From NCBI RefSeq assembly GCF_009914755.1, contig NC_060930.1: 64,000 bases of DNA, one strand, 5' to 3'. This DNA is from the human T2T-CHM13v2.0 reference genome, Homo sapiens. The translations under genes were made by a program, and so were the position numbers. The notes under the pieces are model-generated. The model did no database searches and had not been told where the DNA came from. It saw nothing but the letters and a program-made list of their open reading frames with translations. This document shows, piece by piece, positions 41,380 to 55,066 of the stretch; position 1 is the stretch's first letter; each line of letters opens with the position of its first letter.

Positions 41380-41475
41380 AAAAAGAAAGGAAGGAAGGGA
41401 GAAAGAAAGACAGGGAGAGAGGGAAGGAGGGAGGGAGAGAGGGAGAGAGGGAGGGGGAAGGGAAGAAGGAAGAGC
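41380..41475. repeat. Polypurine (GA-rich) tract with multiple GGG runs
   Basis: aaagaaaggaaggaagggagaaag...gggagagagggaaggagggagggagagagggagagagggagggggaaggg. Confidence 0.9.
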
Positions 41476-41774
41476 ACATGCTTTGCTCTTTTATCCTTGG
41501 TATTCACAGAAGGCTGGGGATTGCATAATTAGAAGACTTACTGGCCCTTTAACCACATGCTTCACTAAAGCACATCATCATTTCTGAACCCAGATGCTTG
41601 ATTTCTGAATACTGTGGCTATGGAGGTTAGTGCAGAATCTTGGATCAGCTCTCATCCTCCCTTAGTTCCTCAAAAATTCACTTTGGGTCCGGCAACATAA
41701 AGCACTGGTAAAAGGAAACAGAACTTCCTACAACTTCAGAGAAAAAGATGAGAGGGCTCTCAAAGTCTTCTGTG

Positions 41775-41928
41775 CTAATGGGAAATATTCATTCTTGACC
41801 TCTTTTCCTCTCCCTCCTGAGGCTCATGGCTCTTTATAGACACAACTAGGGAGTTTGAACAGTTTCTCTCATATTTCTAGGTCAAGAGAGCAAAGCTAGA
41901 GTTGTTCAGATATTTACTGAATGCCTAA
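41775..41928 (+). repeat. 154-bp dispersed direct duplication, copy 1
   Basis: About 15 mismatches and no indels versus 43428-43581. Confidence 0.95.
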
Positions 41929-42194
41929 TAAGCACAAAACCTAGTACTTAGCACTATAGGGATCCAAAGAAATAAAAGACATAGTTCCCACTGGAGCAAG
42001 AAGAATTATATAAGCAAAAGTTAAATGATAGATTAGCAGCAAAACATGAGATTTAACAAAGTTGTTGCCAAAGGCAAATGTGCAAACCGTGAGAGCTCTT
42101 CTGACCAAGGTAACGTATTTAATATACACTGCTTTCTTTAATAATTAATCATGGAATACGAGTATGCACTTTGGTAAAAATAAATCAAAATAAA

Positions 42195-42365
42195 TAAGGG
42201 TTGAAAAACTACCTATCAGGTACTATGTTGACGACTTGGGCAATGGAAAAATGAGAAGCCCAAGCTTCAACATCACACATATTGTGATTTATTACCCATG
42301 TAATAAACCTACACATGCATCCCCTAAATCTAAAATATGAAAATGAAAAATAAAGTTAAATTAAT
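42195..42365 (+). mobile_element. L1PB/old L1PA 3' terminal fragment
   Basis: 'gggttgaaaaactacctatcaggtactatg...catgtaataaacctacacatg...aatctaaaat'. Confidence 0.8.
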
Positions 42366-42949
42366 AAATAATTGATTTATCAACATCTGTTACATGAATA
42401 TACACACATGCACACATGCAATCACCAGTCTGTTAAGATAAAGTTGAAAAAAATCATAACTATCTATGAATTTTAAATATGTAGAAAGCAGAGATTAAGC
42501 AAAGATGGCATTTATTGAGCATTTTTACTGTGCTCCAGGTACTGTCCTAAATGCTCTGAATGCATTTTTCTCAATTAATTCTTGTAGCATATTAATGGGA
42601 TAGAAATTATTACCTTTTATATCTAACTTAGGTTTATTAGAAAGGTTTAAGTAATTTACCTAAGATGTCACAACTAACCCCATATTTTTGAAACATTGTA
42701 CGTTATATTACAGAATTGGAGTGGTCAGCGTTGTACAGAAACAACGTTTGTCTGTCCTTAGGAAACTTAGCATTTCATAACAAACTCAGGAGTGTCACAG
42801 GGTTGGCTTAACTATTCCCATAAAAGGACAATTATTATAAGAAAGACTCAAATATGTATTGGTAAATTGGCTAAGGAATAGACTTAACTAAAACAACTTT
42901 TTGGAGGGAGGTGGACATTTAAACCAATTTGTAAAGAAAGTCTATGAGT

Positions 42950-43330
42950 AATTCATTCATAGCTTCTCATTAAACTCTTCTTGGACACCTAGTATGTGTA
43001 AGTCCAACCCCTTATGATGACAGAAACAGGAATAAAACAGATAGAATCCCTGCCTTCAAGGAGCTGATAATAATCCGGTGTGAGGTGATGGGATGGTGGG
43101 AAGGTGAGGAGGAAGAAGACAGACAATACAATGGGTAGTAAGTCCTGTGATTGAGATATGGACAAAGGGATGTAGAAGAATAGGGATGGAGCCACAAAAT
43201 TCTCCCTGTGGGAGCTGGGAATGGCTTCACTGAAGAGGTCATAGCTGATCTGGGTCTAAGTAGATTGGCAAAACTTTGCCTGAAAAATAAGTGGTAGAAA
43301 ACATTTGTAACAGAGAAGAAAGTAGGTACA
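42950..43330 (-). mobile_element. L2 fragment
   Basis: 'attcattcat...aatccctgccttcaaggagctga...ggcttcactgaagagg'. Confidence 0.6.
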
Positions 43331-43427
43331 AATGCATGAACATTATGAAGCAAGGTTTTCCAAATGAGAAAAGTTAAACACCTCTAAAATGGGACAAAGC
43401 CAGGAGCTATTTCAGGTAAGCTTGGCA

Positions 43428-43581
43428 CTAATGGGAAATATTCATTCTTGACCTCTTTCTCTCTCCCTCCAGAGGCTCATGGCTCTTTGTAAACATAACT
43501 AAAGAGATTGAACAGTCTCTCCCATATTTCCAGGTCAAGAGAGCAACCCTAGAGTTGTTCAGGTATTTACTGAATGCCTAA
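43428..43581 (+). repeat. 154-bp dispersed direct duplication, copy 2 (contains candidate exon 43473-43562)
   Basis: Matches copy 1; has 'cttgacctctttctctctccctccag|' and 'CAG|gtattt'. Confidence 0.95.
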
Positions 43582-43689
43582 ACAACCTTAGAGAAAACAG
43601 GGAAATGAGGGAAAGGCAAGACCAGTGAGTGTAAGAAGAGGGAAAAAGGGAAGAATTGTTAAGAAAGTATGGCTGATCACAGGAAACTA

Positions 43690-44560
43690 GGAAAAACCAA
43701 TGCTTTTCCTTTTCCACCTAGGGGAAAAAAGTCATAATTTATCCAGTTATTCAACCAGAAACAGAGGTATCATGCATGCCTCCTTCCACTCTCTCATTCC
43801 CTAAATCTTATCAATCACTGAGCGTTATCAATTCCACCTCCTAAACCTGTCTCTTGTCTACTGGCTTCACTGCAGGCTCAATGCTACCAAACTAGAACGG
43901 GCCTCTTGGCTGGGCTAATGCAGCAGCTTCCTAACTGTGCCTCACCAGTCCATTCTCCTTCCTTTAGCCAGCGTGATCTTTTTAGACACACAAATCCCAT
44001 CACATTACTCTTCCAGGCACTTCCCAAAACCCTCAAGGTGAAGTTCAATCTGAGCCACGTGGTTCACAAAGCCCAGTGAAGCCATTACTTATTCTGTTCC
44101 CCACCCCACCTCCTAGTCCCACCCTCGCCTACTAAACAAACACACACATGTCATGATCTACTAATGTGGAATTCCTTTCCTTTCCTCAGATATGCCATGC
44201 CCTCTCTTCTTCAGACTTCTACTTACCCCGAAGCACTTTCTTCTGCATCTGAAGCACTCTTTTCTCCAAGTGTCACTTGGCTAACTCCAACTCATCCTGT
44301 GGACCTCAATTTACATGCCATCTTTTCCAGGAAGCCTTCCCTGATGTTCAGGGCAGGATTATGCATCCTCCCTTGGTGACTACATAACACAGTGTTCTTT
44401 CTCTTTCCCAGCACTTAGAGATGTGTAATTGCCTGCTTAGTGATCTGTATTCCCAAATAGACCTTAAGTTCCCAAAAGCAGGGCCACATCCATCTCATTC
44501 ATTATATCTCCCTTAGCAGCTGGTGCATATTAAACCAGGAAGTACATGACTGAATGAATC
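43690..44560 (+). mobile_element. L2 fragment
   Basis: Pyrimidine-rich L2 body 'caattccacctcctaaa...ccaggaagccttccctga' ending 'gactgaatgaat'. Confidence 0.75.
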
Positions 44561-44880
44561 CTACTCTGGGCCAATACTGAAGGAGGATGAAAGCTTGGTA
44601 AACAACAGTGACTGAATCAAATGAGGTTCAGTTACCAACTCTGTGACCAAACCACGCAATTCAGGTTTAATCAGCATTGACTAAGCAGGTTCCAAGCAAA
44701 ATGAGACCAAATTGTTTTGCCGACCTGGATCTGACTGTGCAGTTTAGTGAAAGCCAAAAAACTGAGTGTCTATTCAGGGCTGAAGATGGTTCTCTTCCCA
44801 CCTTGGGTCCAGAAGGTAAGAGTTATACAAATAAAAAAGCTGGAACATGAGGCTTGAGTCAAGGTGGGGGTAAGAAAATG

Positions 44881-45166
<286 letters not shown>

Positions 45167-47544
45167 TTATTTGGCAGATTGGAGAAATACCAGGCATTGA
45201 TTTTTAGTTCCCTACCATAAGAAAATACCTAAAAGCAGTACAATAAGTTGTTATCTATTGTACTGTTTATAACAAGATGTCCCATATTTAAATTACAATT
45301 ACTTATTAAATTACAATTTATTCCATAAAATAATATGTATTACATACTTCAAAAAATGCAAGAACTTACTTTTATCATCTCCTAAATGTAAATAGGCTCT
45401 TTTCCCCTTCCCTCTACTTTGCACCTAAACCTTATTTCATTCTTTCACTGTGATAATCTTTCGTGATGTTTTTCAGAATCCTTGTACTGGTTTGAATAAA
45501 GTGGCAGGCAAGGCCAAATGAACTATAGCTACCTACCCTCCATATATAAAATATAAGGCTGTGCATGTGGCATAATAAAAATTCCAATAAATACTTGGGT
45601 ATTTGGAAAGGCCAGAGGAGTGGGCAGGAAATGACATGAGATAGAGGAATGCAGAGGTACCTGGCGAAGGCATCAGGAAGGTCTATTGCACTTCTGTGCT
45701 TCAGATCTGTATCTCTGCTGAGCAGTTGTTGATTGGTCTCTTTGTAGCAGCATCTGTCTAGAGGTAAGAAAAGCTGGTCATTATCTGGCTTCCAATTGTG
45801 TACAAAGTCTGATAACACTTTCTGTTTTTCAAGAATAATTAAAGCTTTTCTGAACTTTTTTGGGTAAAAGCACACTTAATCATCACGCAGCAAAGCTGGC
45901 AGCTGGCCAAAAGCAGGACAATCAAAGGGCTTGCTCTCAGAAAGCCCCAAGCGGATCCCTCAGCTTCGGATAAGTACTAGTGGGAGAAACGCAAGGACCC
46001 TGGTTCTGGAAGTCTTCAAAACCCTTCTGAGTAAAAGCAGATCCTTCTACACTTCTGAGTAAAACTTAAGACTAGAGCATGAAAAGGAGTGAAGAGTCCA
46101 TGAATAATAATTTTTATTTAATAAATAGAGAATATAGAACAGTTTACAGTTGTGAGCCATAAAGATAATTCTTAAGCAAGAATTTCTTTTTTAATTGACT
46201 TGTCTGAATATCCGCCCTCCCTTCCCCCCTAAAATAAACCAAAGTATTACTAGCTCTGGCAGTTTTATACTAAAATGCAAGGTTATATTTAATCTGGGAA
46301 AACCTAAGATAAGCACATCCTTCCTAATTGCCTCTTTCTAAGTTATGTTTCTTGTAACTCCTCAAGTTAGAGGCTCAAACCATATTTTCAAGGTATTTAT
46401 CACATTTTATGCCTCTAACTCTGCAGTGTTCATCCTCATGGGGCCCATCCTAGGGAAGGCGACAGAAAGACAACCTAAGTGAATCCCCCCTTCCTTAACA
46501 AACCACAGAAGCTGCCAATGCACTGATGTCATCAACCAGATTGCTTTGTTCCTCCATTGATAATAAAGCAGTCATTTTAGTTTATAATAACTGTGAAAAT
46601 AAAAAGAAATCAAAGACTTAGAAATGTGTTGGGTGATGGTCACTGGCTCTGATCTTACTGTATGTATGACCCTTAATTAATCCCACTTACCTTCTTGCCT
46701 CACTTTGTTCACTTTACAACTAGGTGTTTAGGCTTCTAGAACATTATCAAAACCCCCCACTAAAATTCCAGGAGTTCTTGGTCTATTTTAGAGGTACCTT
46801 ATTAAAAAATACATAAAATTTGTCCTCCATGGCAAATATCACCTGTTGCCTTCAAGTTTCATGTTTATTTTGCATTTCTTTTTTAAAAATACTCACTTGC
46901 ATTTTAATACTTTCTTATTTTAATTTTTTAAATGTTGGTCCACCTAAACTTTTTAACATTATAATTTAATGCAAGGCAAAAATTATATAGATCTCAAATA
47001 TTAGTTAAGTAAACATTAATACATATTTTAAAAACATAAAAGCCTTAAAGAGCTTTGAAATTACTTCTAAGTTTTTAACTTCTAGAAATTTAGCTGAACT
47101 GTGAAATATTCATAATGTAGTAAGATTGACTGAAGAGGCAAACACCAAAATCATATGATTTTTTTAGCACACTGGGAAATGATGTCAACTTAGAAAATAT
47201 AAATTGTTGGGTGACCTATTGTATTCATTTTGCCTACTTTTCATTTGGTACATTATTATCTCTGAGATTTATCGATTTAGCACAATCCACAAATATTATA
47301 TGAGGAGAGGAACCCTTTCCTAATCTTTATGTCCATGTATTCCTATGAATATCGACATCAAAATGTTACTGTCTTGAGTTCAATCAAGTATTACATTTCC
47401 TTTTTGAAAAAAACATTTTCTCCATTTTCTCTCCTTTGACTCTACTCCAATTTTCTATCCCATGTTACAATAACCCCCACTATTTTGAGAATTTCTGTTA
47501 CAGATTTTTACCTCTTTGTAGCTCCTGCTTTAATGGAATAGACT

Positions 47545-48750
47545 TTCATTCGTCTTCCTTCAATAAATATTTATTGAATGCTTACTATTGCTAGCCAGTG
47601 AATTAGGTGCTGAGGGGGCATAGAGCTAAACAGACACAATCCTTGCCCTCAGTAAATTGACATTCTCAAGAAGCTATCCCTCCTCTCTAAAGCCCAGTTT
47701 CTTCATCTATAAAATAGGGTAAAAATAATTACTGCATGAGCTGTTATGAAAATTAAATGAAATTACAACTTTTAAGCACTTGGCAAAATACCTAACTCTC
47801 AGTAAATATTGTGTATTCCATTTTCTTTCTTAGGTGCTATAATAGAAGAAACTCAACCACAGACATAATATTTGAGCCATGTCTTGAAAAGGGTTGGTTT
47901 TCAAAGGAAGAAAGAACAAGGAAGGAAAACATTCCAGATACTGAGTGTATCCAGTCTGTACATGAAAGAGCATATTACATGCTGTTTTAAAGAAGTAGAA
48001 AGCTGCCCCATAAAGCTAGGAAGAACAAGCAGGACATGAAACTGGAAAGCTGAGCTGGTTTAATGAATTTAATCCTGCAGAAAACAAAGAACCACAAGGG
48101 ACTTTGATGAAAAGAAAATAACATGATTCCAGTTGTGTAACGGAAAGATCACTATGGAGAATGGGTTTGTAGGGCAACAGCCCAAAGGGAGTGAAATCAA
48201 GTAAGAGATTCCCAAGATCAGATTAGAGAAGATGATGTCTGAACTAAGACAATGACAGTTACTGAATAATAGAGATTGAGTTGAGAAATAATTTAGAGGC
48301 AGCATCTACCATATGTGGTCACTGACTACACCTTGGGATAAGAGTTGACCCTGAGGTTTTCAGTTTGGTGGTAAACCAGATGAATACACCATTAACTAAA
48401 AGAAGAACTACAGAAAAAGAATAAATATATTGGGGAAGCAGAGGATGAGGATTTGGAGAAAGTTGGAGATTGTGGACATGATTCTAGACAGAGAAAACAC
48501 CAAGAGAATACCAATCCTGAGAGGGCAGGGCAAAGGGAAGGAACCAATACAGAAAGTCTATGAAGAAAGGTTATAACCATAGAGAATAACATATTGGGAG
48601 TCAAGAGAGCAGAGAGTTTTCAGAAGGAGGAATTAAAGATTTGTGCCAATATCACAGAGTGGTCAAGTAAGAAAGCTAGGAGAAAGCTGGTTTAATCTTC
48701 TAACCCCAGGACTTGGGGAGAGGCAGAATGGACAGCATTCCCTCCAGCTG
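47545..48750 (-). mobile_element. L2 fragments with an internal MIR (~47690-47810, +)
   Basis: 'caataaatatttattgaatgcttact' (L2 3' end reversed); 'cagtttcttcatctataaaatagg' (MIR core). Confidence 0.65.
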
Positions 48751-49851
48751 GGTTTGAGGAAGGGAGTGCCATCAGAGCAAATTCATGTTTTGGGTAAGCT
48801 GAGAAGGCAAAAGGAGCACTCTATAGAAAGTTTAACGATCTGGGGGAAAATTAAAGATCCAGTATTGCAATGGACATGTTTGAGAGGAGAGCCAGTGGGT
48901 GGAGGAGAGAGAGGTCACTAGACCACCAAGAAAGGACAAGACCATCCTGGATAAAGACAGAGCATGAGAGGATTAATAATGAGGGAATTCTGATTCTTTT
49001 TATCTTTGTCTTAAGTGAAATAATTCTTAGCACTTTGATTACCTATCTGATATTACATTAACTTAATAATTTAATACTTTGGCTGTTCTTCAATTCTTTC
49101 CTTGTATGTGAAGCTGCTATGCCAATCTAGGCAACAGGGATGCCAACCTCCATAATGAGAAAGCACTGTCAAGTGGGTCCAAGATTCCAAATGCTTTTCC
49201 CATTCAAGTTGAAAGCCACTAGTTCCCCTGTGAGCTTCTCAGGTGTCACCTCTGGATGTAATGACAGTTTTGATATGCTACATGGATGCCTGTTTACAGT
49301 AGACTCCAGTCATTTTCCCAACAAGGAAAACCTACATCTGCATTCTTTTGATTTAGCTGTTCATCTTTGTAAAACACATACAGAACTGTTACTTACTAGC
49401 CAAGCCAAGACATTATCCTGCAGGAGCTGCCTGAAACCCCACCATAACTGTATTTAAAAAAAAAAAAGAAAGAAAGAAAAGAAAAAAACTGGCAGAGTCT
49501 AGGTGTGCCCCTTGCAGTTATTTAATAAGCTAAGAGAGAAGATTGGGTAAACTAGATGTCTAAATTGAAAGATAAAGTTCTGAAAATTGTTTTTGTCACT
49601 AGATATGCCTTGTTGAGGGCCCTGTTTTCTTTTGCCAACATGCTGAGTCTAATATTTTACAGCCAGCTTTTTCAGCAGTCCTGTGGTTAAAGAAAAAAGA
49701 TGGACTGCTAGAGATACCACATTTGGACCAGCTGCAGGAATAACTTAATCAACATGGCCTGAAGGATGTTGTTCAAGTGAGTAGTTTGCTCTACTCTCAA
49801 ATTAGTGAACAAACAGATTATCAAGGCCATTTGTTGATATGCTTACCCTAG

Positions 49852-52368
49852 TGTGGTAATGTAACGTATGGGTCAAAAATTTCTTGACACTCATATCAAA
49901 AGGTGGGATCTATGTCCTATCCCCTTGAACCCAGAAAAACTTATGATTGCTTTAGCCAATAGAGTATAGCGTAAGTGATGGGGTTTCCAACGCTAAGTCA
50001 GAAACAGTCATACAGCTTCAGTCTGGTCCTCTTGGAACACCCTCTAGAAGAAGCCAAGCACCATGAAATAAGTCCAACTATCCTGCAACCACCAGGCTGG
50101 AAAGGCCATGTGTAGGCATTCAGTAAAAGTGCAGGTGAGCTCCTATTGAAGAGCCAACATCAATTCCCAGTAATATGAGGGAGGCATCTTGTACATCAAG
50201 CCTAACTGAGCTACTGTATCCCCAACTGAACTACTGCATCCCCAAACTACTGTATCTCCAGCTGATATCTGCCTGCAACTGCAGAAGAGATTTCAAGCAA
50301 GAATCGCCCCTCCAAGCTCTTTCCAAATTCCTAGCCCATAAAATTATGAGCAAACCAAAGATTAAGTTGCTAAGTTTCAGAGTAATTTGTTACACAGCAA
50401 TAGTAATCAAAACAGAATTAGTTACCTAGAAGTGGGTTACTGTTGAAAACAAAAATAACAACAATAAAACCCAAAAAATGTGCACTGACTTTGAGACTGA
50501 GTGCTGAACATTCAGCTTGGGTGCTCAGAAAAAGCTGGAAGGATTAAGGAGACTACTGTCAGAAGTCTAATGGCCCTCGAAAATACTCCGTGAGAGCTTA
50601 AAGGTAATTGAGAAAAATGTTACTAGAAGCTGGAGGAAAGGGGATTCTTGTTCTGTAGTGGGAAAATTTAGATAAACTGTTGCCTGCAGTAACAGAAAAT
50701 AGAAAATGTGCCTCAGGAACTGATGGATTTGGCTAAGGAGACTGCTAGACAGAATGAAAAAGTCAATTGGTTTCTTTTAGCCATATATTCATAAGGCATA
50801 GATAGAGCAAGATGAGCCAAAGAAGAAAACGTTCAGTTTCCAAGATTATGTGGAGAAAATAGAAAGCAGCCAAGGCTTAATGGACTTGAATACAGCACTG
50901 TTTCCAATCTCTCCCAGAAAAAGATTCTAAACATAAGAAAAGGTCTTAGGATAAATATTGAATCTGGAAAAATGTGGTCTCATGGTCAATACGAAGACTA
51001 TGTTGTGACAGCAATTTTTAAAATTTTGGAATCATTTTAGATGGTGCCTCTGAGACATTTTCAAACAAAAAAGCCTTATAAGTATCTTAAGGATTGCCTG
51101 GTGAGCCTTTCTGTTAAATAAGGCTTCTAAGACTACTAAGAGTGTGGTCTCATAACCACCTTATAGGGAGCCCGGGGTACAGAAGGACTTGCCTGGGAGA
51201 GATCTGCGCATGTGGATTTTATCTAATGGAGTGGATTTTAAATTGGTACACAAGAAGCTTACAGAGTTTCTAAAGGAATTGTATAAGCTTGAACTGAAAT
51301 GAACATAGACAGTACAAAATGGAGGGATGCCCTTGAACAGGAAGCAGACTAAAAAAATGACTCAGCTGCAACTCCAGCCATTTCCTGTGGAAAGGAAAGA
51401 TGAATCAGAGAGATAGAAGCAAGATTCTGAGGGCAAACCAAAATCTACAGACAATTAGTCCCAGACAACAGTGCTGATCCCTCATTTAAAACTGGCAATT
51501 TGTGCTCAGCTTATTCCAGACACACTATAAATCAGTGGCGATTATCATTTCCATTCCCCCCTTTTTAAATGAGAGTATCTCTAAGTTGTCTAATTTCTAT
51601 TCCACCAATTTCTACTGGGAGTGTGGGAGTAGATAATGTGTTCCTTACGTCACAGATCTTCAGATCAGGAAGAATGGTACTCACAGAGCTGAACCCAGGG
51701 AACAATATCTGAAGAGACTCCATCCTAGAATTGGTTTAGTTAAGAAGATTCTGAATCTCCAAGCCTGATGCTGAAATGGGATGATAGGTGGTTGGGGGGA
51801 TAAAGAGGAGAAGGGGAATCTTGAGAGGGGATGACTGTATTTTGCATGTAGGAGAAATAAAAATAATTTGTGACCAGAGCATAGACATTGATTGTTTAAA
51901 ATGGATCCAAAACTTTGACATTCCTTCTATCCAGAGGTAGGATCTATGTGGGTGTATTTATGACTATTTCAACCAATAGAGTATGAAAGAAGTGATGCCA
52001 TGTAACTTCTGAGTCTAGGTAAGAAAATATCATGCAACTTCTGCCTGATATTCTTGGACTTCTCACCCTAGGGGAAGCCAACCACCATGAAAGATGTCCA
52101 ATTATGCTGAGCCTGTCATGCTGGAGAACTCACCCATAGGTACTCCAGTCAACATCACCAATAGCAAACGCCAGTCATGAGAGTAAGTTATCTTGAACAT
52201 TGAGCCAAGTCAAGCCTTTAGATATTGGCAGCCTCAGCCAATATCTGATTGCAACCTCATGAGTAACTCCTAAATTGTCACCCTCAAAATATGGAGCAAA
52301 ATAAAATGAATATTTTAAGCCACTGAGTTTGGGGGGTAATTTGTTATTCAGCAGTTCTAAGTGAAATA
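49852..52368 (+). mobile_element. Complete MLT1 (G/H-like) MaLR element: 5' LTR ~49852-50412, internal ~50413-51886, 3' LTR ~51887-52368
   Basis: Two homologous LTRs ('ttgacact..aggtgggatctatgt..ccaatagagtat..aagtgatg..gtaatttgtta') flank a ~1.5-kb interior starting 'gaattagttacctagaagtggg' and ending 'gtattttgcatgtaggag..tttgtgaccagagcatagac'. Confidence 0.85.
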
Positions 52369-54676
52369 CCTATAAATATTTTTCAATGATAAATGTGTCT
52401 TTTTAGGATGAAAAGTCTTTCTTCGGGTTAGGTCAGAAAGAAAGATCAAATATGTAACATAAATCATAAGACCAAGAGGCCAAACGGAAGTCAGAAATAA
52501 AAGCTGGACAAAGTGAAGGTTTAATTAATGAGAGGATGCATAAATAATGGTATGTTTACCATATAGAATATTTTGAAACTATTGTTGAAAATTTGGGGCC
52601 ATATTATTAGATTTGGAAGAATTTTTATGAGGTAATGTTAAATGGGAAAAATAAGACAAAAAAGGATGTTAAATATCTCCCCTCATATATGTGTGTACGT
52701 ATACATTTGAGTGTGTATTTCTGTGTGTGGTGTGTGTGTACATAGAGATTATTTTCTGTGTTCTGTATGTACAAGTGTATATTCTAGATGTATGTGTGCA
52801 TATGATTTTTAAGCACAGTTAAAAATATGGTAGTATATGAACTAGATTGCCAATATGGCTACCCCACAGTTGGGAGGCAAAAGGTTTGGTAGTCAGAAAG
52901 GGAAGAGGGGAAAGGGAGCCAAATAAAAAGAAAAAGAAAAGAATGATTGTATTATGAATTTGTGGTCAAATATTTATGAATTTATACACTATATATATAT
53001 ATGTTTACATAAGTTAAATAATTCAGATATGTGTATGTGTGTGCCTATGGGGACACAGAGCATAGATTATAGATGAAAGTATTATTACTGGCTGTCAGCA
53101 AGAATAAAGACAGAAATAGAGGACCAAGATAGTCATAGCAAAACAAAGCACAGAGGCACAGTGTGAAACTAGCTCAATCCAAGCAATAAACACTAATGTA
53201 ATGGTGTCTAATTGAGGAACACATAGATACAGGTCAAAGCAAATATTAAAAGTAATTGGAGTCAAAAGAAAAGAGATACTGAAGAACAAGATAAGAGTAT
53301 TGGGCAAAAGTAGGAGAGCCAGGAATAAGAAAATCTGAAACAATAGAAAAAGTAGGGCTAAGTACTGAGGCAGAGACAAGATTCACAGAGCAAGCAAGAA
53401 GTCGGAGAAGAAAATGCTAGGGACCACCAGCCACAAAAGACCTTAATAACTGATACCATGTCTTATCTTGGCCAAGGAAGTTACAGATAATGTTATTTGT
53501 GGATTACTTGGGGACAGGCAGTGTTACATAGGAAAAATGTGTCTAATTAGTGACAGCTAGAAACTCAAAATCTACTAGAGTGAAGCAGCTTACTATGGAA
53601 ATAAGCAGCATTTTCTGAGGTGTGGAACCCCTTCAGAAGAGCTCTGAAATGTGTTTTCCAGAGGCAAGTGCTAGGTTCTGCCTATCTACCCATAAATTTG
53701 ACAGCAAGAAGAGTCATTACTACTTTCCCTTGAAATTTCATACTGACTTTTGTCCAACAATTAGTTCAATTAAGTCATATTCACTCATTTCTAGGAAGCT
53801 CAAATTTCTTTCTCTAGAGATAAATAACACTGTACATTTACACTTACCATTTGATCCATTTTGGAATCACAAACACGCCAATAAAAACTTTTTGGTCCAT
53901 ATGTCAATTTACTAAGTTCTTCAGGTGGAAATTGTAAGTATAGTAAAGCTTGCATCAGTAAAAAGAAAACTCTCTTTCCAAATGTGTCTATGATATACAT
54001 CATCCAAAAAAATTATTTCAGAACTGCCTCTCTATGCTAGAGAAAACTGCAAAACTTAGTGGAATAAAGTGGAAGGCAAAACTGTTTAGGGAAACTGTCT
54101 CCAAATCATTTTAACAAATTTCATACAAACAGAAATACAACTAGGCCAGTCAGAAAAGAACTAGTTATTCTGACATGAGAAACGAGTTATTCTCATTTCT
54201 CCTAGTCCATGAGAGAAAGATCATATTTTCACATCTTTTTATATTTTGTGTTATTGGATTCAAAAACCATGAGACACATGCCAAAATGTTAACAAAGCCT
54301 CCCCTAGAAAACAGGAAGAGAGGTAACAGAATTGGAATTCTTATTATTTCATTCTGAATTTTTTAATTTTTAATGAAGAGCCTCTGTTATTGATGTATTA
54401 AAAAAATTTTAAATAATTTTAAAAATAAAAACAATCTTATAAGAAATAACATTGTCAATAGTGTAACTACAATACCCTGCTTTCTCTTAAACAATATATT
54501 TTTTAAATTGTTTCCAGCAAATTGTATTATGCGTTATAGTACTAATAGCCTTTATAATTTAGGCAATATTCAATGATGCATCCATTGCCACTACTTGATT
54601 TTTGACTTTGCAACAAGAGGTCTTGCCATTAAGGTATATCATTCATCAAAATGACAATTCTTCATATACACTTTAA

Positions 54677-55066
<390 letters not shown>

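Noticed and set aside
43416-43472. Apparent intron between CAG|gtaagc and the copy-2 acceptor
   Set aside because: Only 57 nt, below the usual minimum for human spliceosomal introns.
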